64,000 bases of DNA from Alphaproteobacteria bacterium (GTDB lineage Bacteria > Pseudomonadota > Alphaproteobacteria > MPNO01 > UBA830), in the NCBI GenBank assembly GCA_965243135.1, contig OZ251539.1, positions 5,856,001 through 5,920,000 on the forward strand, given 5' to 3'. A program made the translations under genes and the position numbers. Positions 45,312 to 55,363 of the stretch are shown here, one piece after another (position 1 is the first letter of the stretch; every line of letters starts with the position of its first letter). The notes under the pieces are model-generated. The model searched no databases, was not told the origin of the DNA, and was given only the letters and a program-made list of their open reading frames with translations.

Positions 45312-46895
45312 TCAGTTCGAAGAGCTCGGCAGCGCTTGATTGCCGCCGGATTGATTCTTGAGCCAAGCATCCAGCGGAGTAGCTCTTTTCCAAAGTTGGT
45401 CCAGTTCCGTTGTAACTGGTTTGGGATCAAGTAGACGGACAACCATTCCTGCCCGGTCCCCTACCGTACCGAAGGAGTTCCCCGAGAGCCACACGTCGTC
45501 ATCGACCACAAGGAACCGGTCGTGCAGCGGCGGCGGGTCGCCCGAAAGTACGCGCACCTCGGGCGTCAAGGTCCGGAAGCTTTGATCGAGCGCCAGTTGA
45601 ACTTGATCGCCGACGCCGTTTTTCAGACATGCCGCGGCGGTCAAGATTTGCAACCTGGCATCCGGCGACCGAATGGCGTGTCCAAAGGCAAGCAGTCCGT
45701 AAGCCGCGAAATACGGGTCGGCAATCATCACTGTCCGCCGAGCGTTGCCGATCATGTCGCGTATGAATTTTGGCGCGTCTTCGGGTTTGTCGTGAAACCA
45801 GCGTTGGCTGACGGCTTTCTGCATGCGCGCGCGCTGGCGCTGCGCTTCGGCAATTTCGGACTGAATCGCCGAGCCGTCCAACTCCGTGCCGATGACGGCG
45901 CTATTCTCTCGTTGGTACTCCGGGATCTCGTATTCGTAGCGATGGGGGCGACTGCCGCGCGCCGGAACTTCGATTGACTTGCGCCGGCTCTCCACCCCAA
46001 GATCAGGTCGGATGGTTCGGATGAGCGGTAACGGCTCACTCCAGCAAAGCAGGCCGTGGCGCGGGTGGGTGACCGTCCGTCCTTCCCGATCGAGTTCTTC
46101 CGCAAACTCGAAGACTTTGACGGCGGTATCGTCACTGAAGATCGTCGTAGCGGGCATCAGACGCCCAAGCACGTTCTCGTTTGCGACTTCCAAGCGGATC
46201 CCGTTCAGGCTTTGATAGGCGCGCGCGACGAGTTTGTAGGCTACCGTTTCGACAGAGCCGTTACGAGGCTCGTCCATGCGGGACTTTTCGATGGATCGGA
46301 ACAACGGATTGGGAGCGATCAAACATATGGCGCCGAGGTATTCCCGATAGAGTTCGACAAGGTCGAGATGAAGCCACCGCTTCAGCTGGGCGCTGTTCTC
46401 TGGTTTGCGCAAGAGTTCATGCTGGCTCCGGCTTAATCTGCGCCTTGTGAGCAGGAAGTGAGCCGGCGACCCCTGCATCCAGTCGGCAGCGAAGTCCAGT
46501 TTGTTCGATACAACCAATCGCGGCCAGGCGGGCAACGTAAAAAAGGGACCGCCCCGCAATGTTCGACCGGACCGAGGAGCGTTGTCGTCGCTAGCCGGCA
46601 GCGCCAAGTTGCCAGCGATGGCTGCCTCATACCAAGCGAGCGCCTCTTCGACCGGCATGGCGAAACGTCGATAGTACAGCCCGCCTTTGCCTGCGGCTCG
46701 ACGGCATTGTTCCGGGGAGCTGTCGGCGGCCGGGAATTCCAGAGGCCGCAACTCCACCATGCCGAACAGCAGATGTCGGGCCGTGTCGTCTCGGAGCCAG
46801 GCAAGATGCACGACGGCCTGACCGTAGGCGGCCCATCGGCATCGTTGCTCGGAAGCGTCCCGCTCGGCGAATTCGGCGATCTGCGTTGGCATCAT
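45312..46895 (-). CDS. VPA1262-like protein with C-terminal PLD-like (HDRF) domain
   Basis: N-terminal LFGMVEL…LYYRRFAM…ALAWY; C-terminal IADPYF…LHDRFLVVDDDVWLSGNSF; family name from recall. Confidence 0.72.
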   Translation of the reverse strand: MMPTQIAEFAERDASEQRCRWAAYGQAVVHLAWLRDDTARHLLFGMVELRPLEFPAADSSPEQCRRAAGKGGLYYRRFAMPVEEALAWYEAAIAGNLALPASDDNAPRSGRTLRGGPFFTLPAWPRLVVSNKLDFAADWMQGSPAHFLLTRRRLSRSQHELLRKPENSAQLKRWLHLDLVELYREYLGAICLIAPNPLFRSIEKSRMDEPRNGSVETVAYKLVARAYQSLNGIRLEVANENVLGRLMPATTIFSDDTAVKVFEFAEELDREGRTVTHPRHGLLCWSEPLPLIRTIRPDLGVESRRKSIEVPARGSRPHRYEYEIPEYQRENSAVIGTELDGSAIQSEIAEAQRQRARMQKAVSQRWFHDKPEDAPKFIRDMIGNARRTVMIADPYFAAYGLLAFGHAIRSPDARLQILTAAACLKNGVGDQVQLALDQSFRTLTPEVRVLSGDPPPLHDRFLVVDDDVWLSGNSFGTVGDRAGMVVRLLDPKPVTTELDQLWKRATPLDAWLKNQSGGNQALPSSSN

Positions 46896-47238
46896 TACCG
46901 TTTCCCAAACGATGCGCTGGCTATTTCGACGCACCCGCGGAAGGGCCGTCAGTCCGGCGCGGCATAACTCCTCGAGTTTGCGGCGTTCGGCACCCTGCTC
47001 CTTCGGTGTCCGCGGATCCGCCCCAGCCACTCTTGTACGCGCGCCCCCGAATTGCAAGCTTTTTCGGCATGCGACGCGCTCGGACGCGAGGACTCGACCT
47101 GTGACGCGTGACCGCTGGCTCCCGTTTCTCGCCGAACGAGGTCGGCCCGTCATTGCGGATTTTCCCACGGCCGGTTTCAGGCTCGCCTGCAACCGTGCGA
47201 GGTGGTCCAGCGTACCGAGGAAGCCTTGTATCTCTTCC

Positions 47239-47399
47239 GGGCGCTCGCTCGGTTCGCCGAGGATCTGCCCCTGTTCTCGGCGAAGACGTCGCAACCCGAG
47301 GCGCCTCCTCCGCCCGCGGTCGTCGCGCTGGGCGACGTAAATCCCGACGAGCTCACGCCGCGCTGGATCTCGTGTACCGGCTGAAGGGCCTGCTCTGAC
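47239..47399 (+). pseudogene. Second, diverged copy of the mutS 3' end
   Basis: [40 protein letters not shown], 7-bp deletion, then [11 protein letters not shown]. Confidence 0.92.
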
Positions 47400-47589
47400 A
47401 ACGCTGCCCGATCGTTGCGTCAGTGTGCGGCGTTGAGTTATCCTACCGAACGGTGCCTTTGCCATATTTCGAACTATCAATTGGGTTCAAGACAGTAGGC
47501 TGCGGTATTCTCGCTTGAGCGGATGAAAACGTGATGTCGCCGACGATTATCTTGCTTCATCACGCAACGAACGGTCGGTTTCAATAAAT

Positions 47590-48318
47590 TTACGGTGAAA
47601 AAAGTTCTTTCTCAATGTAGCGCATATATTTGTTCACATAAAAATAATCTGGTTCCTTTCTTTGCGCCCTAATTCGAATCCTAAAATTCGGGTTAACAAT
47701 GTTATTAGAGTTGAATATGATCAATCCTATACCAAAAACTTGGCATAAAAAATCCAGCTTCGATCTTTCTTCTTCTGACGCTGATTCCGGGATAACCAAA
47801 TAGATTTTATGGCTGAACAAGGCATACGCACAAGCTTGCCCAAATGCAGTAATTAGTTGATTTTTATCTGCTTTTATTTCCGCGGAAACAATTTCAACGG
47901 GCATTTGTACGATGTCACTTAGCTTAGATTGTCGTTTGCCAATTACATCGGGCGTTGCCCATTTATCGTTAAATTTACGTCCACCGAGTCCTACAGCTTT
48001 ATCCGCTTCCTGAAGCTCTTCAACCAACCAATCAGAGAATGGTTTATAGAAACTTTCTTCTTTAATTGTCCGATTGTTATCGTCTTCGTCTAGGGTTATT
48101 TTAGACTGCGATGAACGGTAAAATCCACGAGATATCTGCTCGATTCCTTTATAATTTCCGCGAGAACTGACAACAGAAATTGCGCCGCTTATTGTATGAC
48201 GATTTAGTGTTTTATCCCTATTTTTAATCGCTGCACGAAGGTCTGTGTTTCTTAGTCCATCCGGGTGTTCGTTGAGTATCTCTCTCGCAATTTTGAGTAT
48301 TTTATCTCTTGTCGTCAT
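47590..48318 (-). CDS. wHTH plus PD-(D/E)xK nuclease-fold protein (HrgA/COG2958-like), AT-rich
   Basis: N-terminal HTH (…ISRGFY); PDVIG…SAEIK…FGQACAY…YLVIP…FGIGLI. Confidence 0.72.
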   Translation of the reverse strand: MTTRDKILKIAREILNEHPDGLRNTDLRAAIKNRDKTLNRHTISGAISVVSSRGNYKGIEQISRGFYRSSQSKITLDEDDNNRTIKEESFYKPFSDWLVEELQEADKAVGLGGRKFNDKWATPDVIGKRQSKLSDIVQMPVEIVSAEIKADKNQLITAFGQACAYALFSHKIYLVIPESASEEERSKLDFLCQVFGIGLIIFNSNNIVNPNFRIRIRAQRKEPDYFYVNKYMRYIEKELFSP

Positions 48319-48678
48319 GGCACATCCCCTATCAACTTCGAAGCGCAACACTGTCGGTTGGCAATCTCTGTCGCGAGGACAGTATGGGGATTGGTTGGCT
48401 GGTGAGTCAAGGCGGCGGGGCGGCGTTGCTGTCCGGCCGCTTTCTCCGCAACCAGTCGCCCGTGTCCGAGCCACGGTCCGGCTCGTGCCAAGTCTGCGGG
48501 GCAACAGATTCCATTTTTGTTCTTGTCGCCAGTCGTTTGTGCGACCCTTGCGGGCTTGTCAGGTGGGCGGACAGAATGAACCGCGTGGTGCCGACCGGGC
48601 GGCGAGCCGACAAAAAATGGCGCAACGCAAACGCCTCTGCTTCTTGGCCCGAGGTTCCGAGTTCGTTATGCTTCGACC

Positions 48679-48891
48679 ATGCAACGCCTGCGTCGCAAAG
48701 AATTGGAGCCGCCGCCGCTGGAAGAGAAGCGCGGCGAGATGCTCTACCGGGCATGCCTTGGCGCGCGGCAAGTCGCCGATTCAAGGCCGGACGGTGCCGC
48801 TGTCCGCGCTCGCCAGCAACCCCCCGCCGACGATTACCCCGAGATATGGCGGCGCCTGCATCGGAAATGGCTCGAACGAAACGGTTGCTGA
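48679..48891 (+). CDS. Small hypothetical protein overlapping the nucleotidyltransferase (possible antitoxin)
   Basis: 70-aa ORF with a 25-bp overlap of the next gene. Confidence 0.45.
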   Translation: MQRLRRKELEPPPLEEKRGEMLYRACLGARQVADSRPDGAAVRARQQPPADDYPEIWRRLHRKWLERNGC

Positions 48892-49448
48892 CGCCGCCTG
48901 AAATAGCGGTGGAAATCTCGCGAATCCTCGCCGGAGCCGAGTTGCATCACGCTGTCGGCGGGGCGGTCGCGCTCGGATTTTATTCCAATCCCAGAGGCAC
49001 GCTTGGCGTCGATTTCAACGTCTTCGTCGACGCCGGCAAGGCGGATGCCGCGCTTGAATCGCTCGTTGCCGGGGGCGTCGCCCTTGAACGCGCCGTGGCG
49101 CAGGCGGTTATACGGGAGCGCGGCGAACTGCGTCTTGATCGTGGCGGCTGCCGCGTCGACCTGTTCTTCAACTCGATCCCGTTTCAGGAAAAGGCCTCCC
49201 GAAGAACCCGGCTGGTCCGGCTGCTGGGAGCCGCCTTACCGATCCTCTCGGCGGAAGACCTGATCGTCTTCAAGTTCCTGTACAACCGGCGCAAGGACCT
49301 TACCGATATCCGGCAAGTCTTCGAAACCGTGGGAGACCAGTTGGATCTGGACTATATCCGCGAGGGCTTGATCGAGTGCGTCGGCGCCGACGATTCGCGC
49401 CTGACCGATTTCGGCGCGATTCTGAGGGAGGTGAAGGCCGCGCCGTAG
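48867..49448 (+). CDS. Nucleotidyltransferase-fold protein (AbiEii/DUF6036-like)
   Basis: VGGAVAL…PRGTLGVD, RVDLF and SAEDLIVFK…RRKDLTD motifs. Confidence 0.75.
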   Translation: MARTKRLLTPPEIAVEISRILAGAELHHAVGGAVALGFYSNPRGTLGVDFNVFVDAGKADAALESLVAGGVALERAVAQAVIRERGELRLDRGGCRVDLFFNSIPFQEKASRRTRLVRLLGAALPILSAEDLIVFKFLYNRRKDLTDIRQVFETVGDQLDLDYIREGLIECVGADDSRLTDFGAILREVKAAP

Positions 49449-49551
49449 GAAGCCGGGTTCGCCAGCCCGGTCGACCGGCGTCGGCTTTCGATCGGCAGGG
49501 ACCGAATTTGTCGAAAACAGGGCTTGCGCCCGCCCGCGGGATCGCTTATTC

Positions 49552-49572
49552 TGCGAATGACATTCACTCGCA
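49552..49572. promoter_or_regulatory. Fur-type iron-responsive operator upstream of bfd
   Basis: TGCGAATGA-CAT-TCACTCGCA 9-3-9 dyad (8 of 9 matched). Confidence 0.65.
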
Positions 49573-49594
49573 AACAGCTGCTGCGGCGCGTTCC

Positions 49595-49777
49595 ATGTTC
49601 GTCTGTTCTTGCAACGCTCTCCGGGATTCGGAAATTCGGGAGCTCGCCCGAGAAGGCGTCACGTCGGTCAGGCAGGCCTACGACAGGTTCGGCTGCAGGC
49701 CGGTCTGCGCCCGCTGCGCGGTCGGCATACAGGAAATTCTCGACGAGGTTCGGCTTCCCGACCGCCGGACGCATTGA
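49595..49777 (+). CDS. bfd: Bacterioferritin-associated ferredoxin (2Fe-2S)
   Basis: MFVCSCN…CARC Cys pattern. Confidence 0.85.
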   Translation: MFVCSCNALRDSEIRELAREGVTSVRQAYDRFGCRPVCARCAVGIQEILDEVRLPDRRTH

Positions 49778-49933
49778 GGTCCGCCTTTTCGTCCGGCCGG
49801 GCGACGCCGTCGGAGACGCGGCCGGCCCGGGCGATTGAAGGGCCTGCGCCTGGTTTCGCGCGGACCGCTTGCGGCCGGCGGAACCCGCGTCGCCGATGAT
49901 GTATATTGGGCGGAAACACGCTGGCGAGTCCTT

Positions 49934-52663
49934 ATGCCCTCCATCCCGAAACAGCGCCGGATCGTCGACCGCGCCGCCATCCTGGGCAGGATCGACGAAA
50001 TGCTTGCCGACGGCCGGCCGCCGCGAGACTTGCGCGGAGACCTGCTCGGCCTGCTCAAGGAAGCGATGGCCGGCGGCCGCGCCGAAATCCGCCGCCGGTT
50101 CGAACGGCGAGAGGCTCGCGGCGCGGACGCGGCGCGAGCCCAAGCGTTCCTCGCGGACCAGATCGTGCGGGTCATCTACGACTTCGCGACCGGCCACGTC
50201 TATCCGGCCGCGAATCCGACCGAAGGAGAACGGCTCTGCGCCGCCGCCGTCGGCGGCTACGGACGGGGCGAGCTCGCGCCCCATTCCGACATCGACCTTC
50301 TGTTTCTGCTGCCGTTCAAGGTGACGGCCCGCCAGGAGCAGGTTATCGAATACGTTCTCTACATGCTGTGGGATCTCAAGCTCAAGGTAGGGCACGCCGC
50401 GCGCTCGATCGACGACTGCCTGCGGCTCGCCCGCCGCGACCTGACCATCGGAACGTCGCTGCTCGAGGCGCGCTACCTGTGGGGGGAGCGCAAGCTGTTC
50501 GGAGAACTGCGGCAGCGTTTCCGGACCTCCGGCAATCCGGAGTTCGTCGAGGCCAAGCTCGCCGAACGCGACGCGCGCCACAAGCGGATGGGCGATTCCC
50601 GCTACATTCTCGAGCCCAACGTCAAGGAAGGAAAAGGCGGCTTGCGCGATCTCCAGACGCTCTACTGGATCGCGAAGTTCCTTTACAAGGTCGACCATGC
50701 TTCGGAGCTCGTCGACCGGGGCGTTCTGACCGAACGGGAAGGGCAGCGCCTGGCGCGCGCGCACCGTTTCATGTGGGACGTCCGCTTCCATCTGCATTAT
50801 CTCGCAGGTCGCGGCGAAGACCGCCTCACGTTCGATTTTCAGCCGGAGATCGCCGCGCGGCTCGAATATCGCGGCCGCGCCGGCGCCCGCGGGGTCGAGC
50901 GGTTCATGAAGCACTACTACCTCGTCGCCAAGGAAATCGGCGATCTCACCCGCATCTTCTGCGCGGCGCTCGAAGCCGAACACAAGCGGAAGCCGCGCTT
51001 GCGCATGCCGGCGCTGCTTCGCAGGGCGCCGGAAGGCTTCGTCGTCGACGGCGGCCGCCTGACAGTGCGGCGCGGGCGCGACCTGCGCGAAGACCCGCTG
51101 AAGATCCTCAGCCTGTTTCGCGTCGCCCAGGCGGAGCGGCTGGACATCCATCCCGCCGCGTTGCGGGCCGTCACCCGCAACCTGAGCGCCGTCGACTCGA
51201 TCCGCGACGATCCCGAGGCGAACCGGCTGTTCGTCGAGATGCTGACGTCCGAACGCGATCCCGAGACCACCCTGCGGCGTTTGAACGAGGCGGGGGTGTT
51301 CGGTCGCTTCGTGCCGGATTTCGGACGCGTCGTCGCCCAGATGCAACACGACATGTACCATGTCTATACGGTCGACGAGCACACGATCTTCGCCATCGGA
51401 ATCCTGCGGGCGATCGAAGCGGGCCGCTTCGCGGAAGAAATGCCGACCGCCTCGGAACAGGTGCACAAGGTGAAGTCGCGCCGCGCGCTCTACGTGGCTT
51501 TGCTGCTGCACGACATCGCCAAGGGCAGGGGCGGCGACCATTCGGAACTCGGCGCCGGCGTGGCGCTTGAGCTCTGCCCCAGGTTCGGAATGTCGGAAGA
51601 AGAGACCCAAACCGTCGAATGGCTCGTGCGGCATCACCTGTTGATGAGCAACACCGCTTTCCGCCGCGACATCGAGGATCCGCAGACGGTCGCCGATTTC
51701 TGCGCCGTGGTGCGGTCCGTCGAACGGCTGCGCCTGCTGCTGGTGCTGACCGTCGCCGACATCCGGGCGGTCGGTCCCGGCGTGTGGAACGGGTGGAAGG
51801 CGGGACTGCTTCGCGGACTCTATGCCGCGGCGGAAGAACGATTGACCGGCGGGCACGCGACCGACGGGCGCGAGGCGCGGGTTGCGAGAGCGCAGGAGGA
51901 CATGCGCGGGCTGCTCGTCGACCTGCCGGCGGCCGCGGTGGAGGCGCATATCGCCCGCGGCCATCCCTCCTACTGGCTGTCGTTCGACGCGGAAAGCCAT
52001 GCCCGGCATGCGCGCATCGCCCACGAGGCCGGATCGCAGCCGCTGACGATCAGGAACCGCGTGGACAACAGGCGGTCGGTCGCGGAAATCACCATCTACG
52101 CCCTCGACCACCCCGGGCTCTTCGCGCGGATCGCCGGGGCGATGGCGGTCAGCGGCGCTGGGATCGTGGACGCCAAGATCTTCACGATGACGGACGGCAT
52201 GGCGCTCGATACATTCTGGGTGCAGGACGTGAACGGCGGCCCGTTCGACCGGCCGGACAAGCTCGCGCGGTTGTATTCCAGAATCGAACAGACGCTGGCC
52301 GGCCGGTTGCGGCCCCGCGAAGAGCTCGGCAAGGCGCCTGCCGTTCCGAGCCGCGCGAGCGTGTTCAAGGTGGCGCCGCGGATACTCATCGATAACGACG
52401 CAAGCCGCACGCACACGGTGATCGAGGTGAACGCGCAGGATCGCGCAGGCCTGCTTTACGACCTCACGCGGGCGTTGTCGGCGCTCAACCTGCAGATAGC
52501 TTCCGCGCATATCACGACGTTCGGCGAGACCGCCGTCGACGTCTTCTACGTCAAGGACCTGTTCGGCCTGCAGGTCACGCACGAGGGCAAGCTTGCGCAG
52601 ATTCGGGAAGCGTTGTTGTCTCTCGTCGGCGATGCCGGACTTCCGGCAGCCGCGGCCGCATAG
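49934..52663 (+). CDS. glnD: [Protein-PII] uridylyltransferase
   Basis: AVGGYGRGELAPHSDID, HVYTVDEH, HD domain, two ACT domains. Confidence 0.97.
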   Translation: MPSIPKQRRIVDRAAILGRIDEMLADGRPPRDLRGDLLGLLKEAMAGGRAEIRRRFERREARGADAARAQAFLADQIVRVIYDFATGHVYPAANPTEGERLCAAAVGGYGRGELAPHSDIDLLFLLPFKVTARQEQVIEYVLYMLWDLKLKVGHAARSIDDCLRLARRDLTIGTSLLEARYLWGERKLFGELRQRFRTSGNPEFVEAKLAERDARHKRMGDSRYILEPNVKEGKGGLRDLQTLYWIAKFLYKVDHASELVDRGVLTEREGQRLARAHRFMWDVRFHLHYLAGRGEDRLTFDFQPEIAARLEYRGRAGARGVERFMKHYYLVAKEIGDLTRIFCAALEAEHKRKPRLRMPALLRRAPEGFVVDGGRLTVRRGRDLREDPLKILSLFRVAQAERLDIHPAALRAVTRNLSAVDSIRDDPEANRLFVEMLTSERDPETTLRRLNEAGVFGRFVPDFGRVVAQMQHDMYHVYTVDEHTIFAIGILRAIEAGRFAEEMPTASEQVHKVKSRRALYVALLLHDIAKGRGGDHSELGAGVALELCPRFGMSEEETQTVEWLVRHHLLMSNTAFRRDIEDPQTVADFCAVVRSVERLRLLLVLTVADIRAVGPGVWNGWKAGLLRGLYAAAEERLTGGHATDGREARVARAQEDMRGLLVDLPAAAVEAHIARGHPSYWLSFDAESHARHARIAHEAGSQPLTIRNRVDNRRSVAEITIYALDHPGLFARIAGAMAVSGAGIVDAKIFTMTDGMALDTFWVQDVNGGPFDRPDKLARLYSRIEQTLAGRLRPREELGKAPAVPSRASVFKVAPRILIDNDASRTHTVIEVNAQDRAGLLYDLTRALSALNLQIASAHITTFGETAVDVFYVKDLFGLQVTHEGKLAQIREALLSLVGDAGLPAAAAA

Positions 52664-52689
52664 CGCCCCTCGAACGCCGGGCGGGACGA

Positions 52690-54228
52690 GTGGCCCTGCT
52701 TCGCTCGGTCGCCACCGTAGGCGGCTTCACCATGCTCAGCCGCGTCCTCGGGCTGGCGCGCGACATGCTGATTGCGGCGATCTTGGGCGCGGGACCCGTC
52801 GCCGACGCCTTCTTCGTCGCCTTTCGGTTGCCGAACTTCTTCCGGCGCCTCTTCGCCGAGGGCGCTTTCAATCCCGCGTTCGTTCCCCTGTTCGCGCGAA
52901 GCTTGGCGGAAGGAGGCCGGGCGGCCGCGCGCCGGTTCGCCGGCGAGGTGATGTCGGTCTTCGTCGCGGCGCTGTTCTTGTTCGTCACCGCGGTCCAGAT
53001 TGCGATGCCGTGGGTGATGCACGGCTTCGCCCCGGGTTTCGCGTCCGATCCGTACAGGTTCGGACTGGCGGTGACGCTAACGCAGATCACCTTTCCTTAT
53101 CTTCTGTTCGTTTCCTTGGTCGCGCAGCTTGGGGGGGTGCTCAACGCGCTGGACCGGTTCGCCGCCGCCGCTGCGGCGCCGGTGGTTCTGAACCTTTGCC
53201 TGATCGCCGCCGTTCTCGGCCTGTCGCCGCTGGTCGAGACGCCCGGCCATGCCTTGGCATGGGGAGTCGCCGCCGCGGGCGCGGTCCAGTTCGCGTGGTT
53301 GGTCGTCGCTTGTCGAAGGGCCGGCTTCTCGCCGCGCCTGCCCTTTCCGAGATTGACCCCCGGGGTGAGGAGATTGCTGCGGCTGATGCTGCCGGGCGTC
53401 CTCGCCGCCGGAGTGACGCAGGTGAATCTCCTCGTCGACGTGGTTATCGCTTCGCTTCTGCCGCGCGGTTCGGTCTCGTACCTGTATTACGCCGACCGCG
53501 TGAATCAGTTGCCGCTCGGCGTCATCGGCGTCGCGATCGGCACCGCGCTGTTGCCGCTCATGTCGCGCCAGTTGCGGGCCGGCGAGGATCGCGCCGCGGC
53601 GGACGCCATGAATCGCGCGCTCGAATTCGGGCTGCTGTTCACTTTGCCCGCCGCCGCCGCCTTGCTCGTGATGCCGGCGCCCGTCGTCGCGGCGCTGTTC
53701 GAGCGCGGAGCCTTCGACGGAAGCGAGACCGCCGCGACCGCGGCCGCGCTCGCCGCCTACGCGACCGGTCTTCCCGCCTATGTTCTGATCAAGGTTTTGG
53801 GGCCGGGCTTCTTCGCGCGCGAAGACACGGCGACGCCGATGAAGGTCGCGATGTTCTGCGTCGCCGTCAATCTCTGCCTCAACCTCGTGTTGATGGGGCC
53901 GTTGCAGCACGTGGGCATCGCTCTCGCGACCGCGGTCTCAGCCTGGACGAATTCGGCGCTGCTGGCGTGGCTGCTCGCAAGGCGCGGACATCTTCCGATC
54001 GACGCGCGATTGCGCCGCGCTGCGCCGCGAATCCTCGCCGCCAGCGCCGGAATGGCGCTCGTTCTGTGGGCGGCCCGGACCGCGCTCGGCGAAACGGAAG
54101 GCGCGCGGCCGATCGAGCTGGCAGGCCTCGTGACGCTAGGCCTTGCCTCGTTCGCGGTCTTCGCGGTTCTGGCGGGCGCGGCGCGGCCGGCGGACGTCAA
54201 GGCGCTGCTTGACCGTTCGCGGGGTTAA
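52690..54228 (+). CDS. murJ: Lipid II flippase
   Basis: [24 protein letters not shown] and YYADR motifs. Confidence 0.96.
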   Translation: MALLRSVATVGGFTMLSRVLGLARDMLIAAILGAGPVADAFFVAFRLPNFFRRLFAEGAFNPAFVPLFARSLAEGGRAAARRFAGEVMSVFVAALFLFVTAVQIAMPWVMHGFAPGFASDPYRFGLAVTLTQITFPYLLFVSLVAQLGGVLNALDRFAAAAAAPVVLNLCLIAAVLGLSPLVETPGHALAWGVAAAGAVQFAWLVVACRRAGFSPRLPFPRLTPGVRRLLRLMLPGVLAAGVTQVNLLVDVVIASLLPRGSVSYLYYADRVNQLPLGVIGVAIGTALLPLMSRQLRAGEDRAAADAMNRALEFGLLFTLPAAAALLVMPAPVVAALFERGAFDGSETAATAAALAAYATGLPAYVLIKVLGPGFFAREDTATPMKVAMFCVAVNLCLNLVLMGPLQHVGIALATAVSAWTNSALLAWLLARRGHLPIDARLRRAAPRILAASAGMALVLWAARTALGETEGARPIELAGLVTLGLASFAVFAVLAGAARPADVKALLDRSRG

Positions 54229-54268
54229 GGCGATAACCGGCCCGATTTCCTTTCCTGGGGATTTTGCG

Positions 54269-55267
54269 ATGAACCGGATATTCTCCGGCGTGCAGCCGAC
54301 CGGCAATCTTCATCTCGGAAACTATCTCGGCGCGATCCGGAATTTCGTGGATCTGCAAGGCGATTACGAGTGCATATACTGCGTCGTCGATCTCCACGCC
54401 CTGACCCAGTGGCAAGACCCAGCCGAGCTCGCCCGCAACACGCGCGAGGTCACGGCCGCCTTCGTCGCGTCGGGGATCGATCCGGAGAAGAGCGTCATCT
54501 TCAGCCAGAGCCGGGTGCCCGCCCACACCCAGATCGCCTGGATATTCAGTTGCGTCGCGCGGATCGGCTGGCTGAACCGCATGACCCAGTTCAAGGAGAA
54601 GGCCGGCAGCCGGCGCGAGAACGCCTCCGTCGGACTGTTCGCCTATCCCGCTCTGATGGCGGCCGATATCCTCGTCTACAGGGCGACCCACGTGCCGGTC
54701 GGCGAAGATCAGAAGCAGCATCTCGAACTGACGCGCGACATCGCGCAGAAGTTCAACCACGATTACGGCGTCGACTTCTTTCCGCTGGTCGAGCCGCTCA
54801 TCTTCGGCGAGGCCACTCGCGTGATGAACCTGAAAGACGGCACGAAGAAGATGTCGAAGTCGGACTCGTCGGAGCAGTCGCGCATCGTCTTCACGGATTC
54901 CGCCGACGAGATCTCGAAGAAGATCAGGCGGGCGAAGACGGACCCTGAGCCGCTTCCGTCCGAGCCCGCCGGCCTTGCAGGACGCCCGGAGGCGGCCAAC
55001 CTCGTCGGGATCTATGCGGCGCTGTCGCGCAAGAGCGCCGCCGACGTGCTCTCGGAGTTCGGGGGGCGAGGATTCGGGGATTTCAAGCCGGCGCTCGCCG
55101 ATCTCGCGATCGCGAAGCTGGGGCCTATTTCGGACCGCATGCGCAGATTGATGGACGACCGGGGGCATGTCGACGCAATTCTGGAGAACGGCGCGGAGCG
55201 CGCCGCGGAGATCGCCGAGCCGATCAGGGACAGGGTCTACGAGATCGTCGGGCTGGCTTCCTCCTGA
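54269..55267 (+). CDS. trpS: Tryptophan--tRNA ligase
   Basis: [21 protein letters not shown] and KMSKS motifs. Confidence 0.97.
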   Translation: MNRIFSGVQPTGNLHLGNYLGAIRNFVDLQGDYECIYCVVDLHALTQWQDPAELARNTREVTAAFVASGIDPEKSVIFSQSRVPAHTQIAWIFSCVARIGWLNRMTQFKEKAGSRRENASVGLFAYPALMAADILVYRATHVPVGEDQKQHLELTRDIAQKFNHDYGVDFFPLVEPLIFGEATRVMNLKDGTKKMSKSDSSEQSRIVFTDSADEISKKIRRAKTDPEPLPSEPAGLAGRPEAANLVGIYAALSRKSAADVLSEFGGRGFGDFKPALADLAIAKLGPISDRMRRLMDDRGHVDAILENGAERAAEIAEPIRDRVYEIVGLASS

Positions 55268-55363
55268 AACCGCGTCCGGCCTCGTCGGGAGGACGCCGGC
55301 TCTTGCGTCCGCGTGCGGTTGGGCGCACAAAGCGCCCGTGACGATCTGCCGCGGATAGCGATC

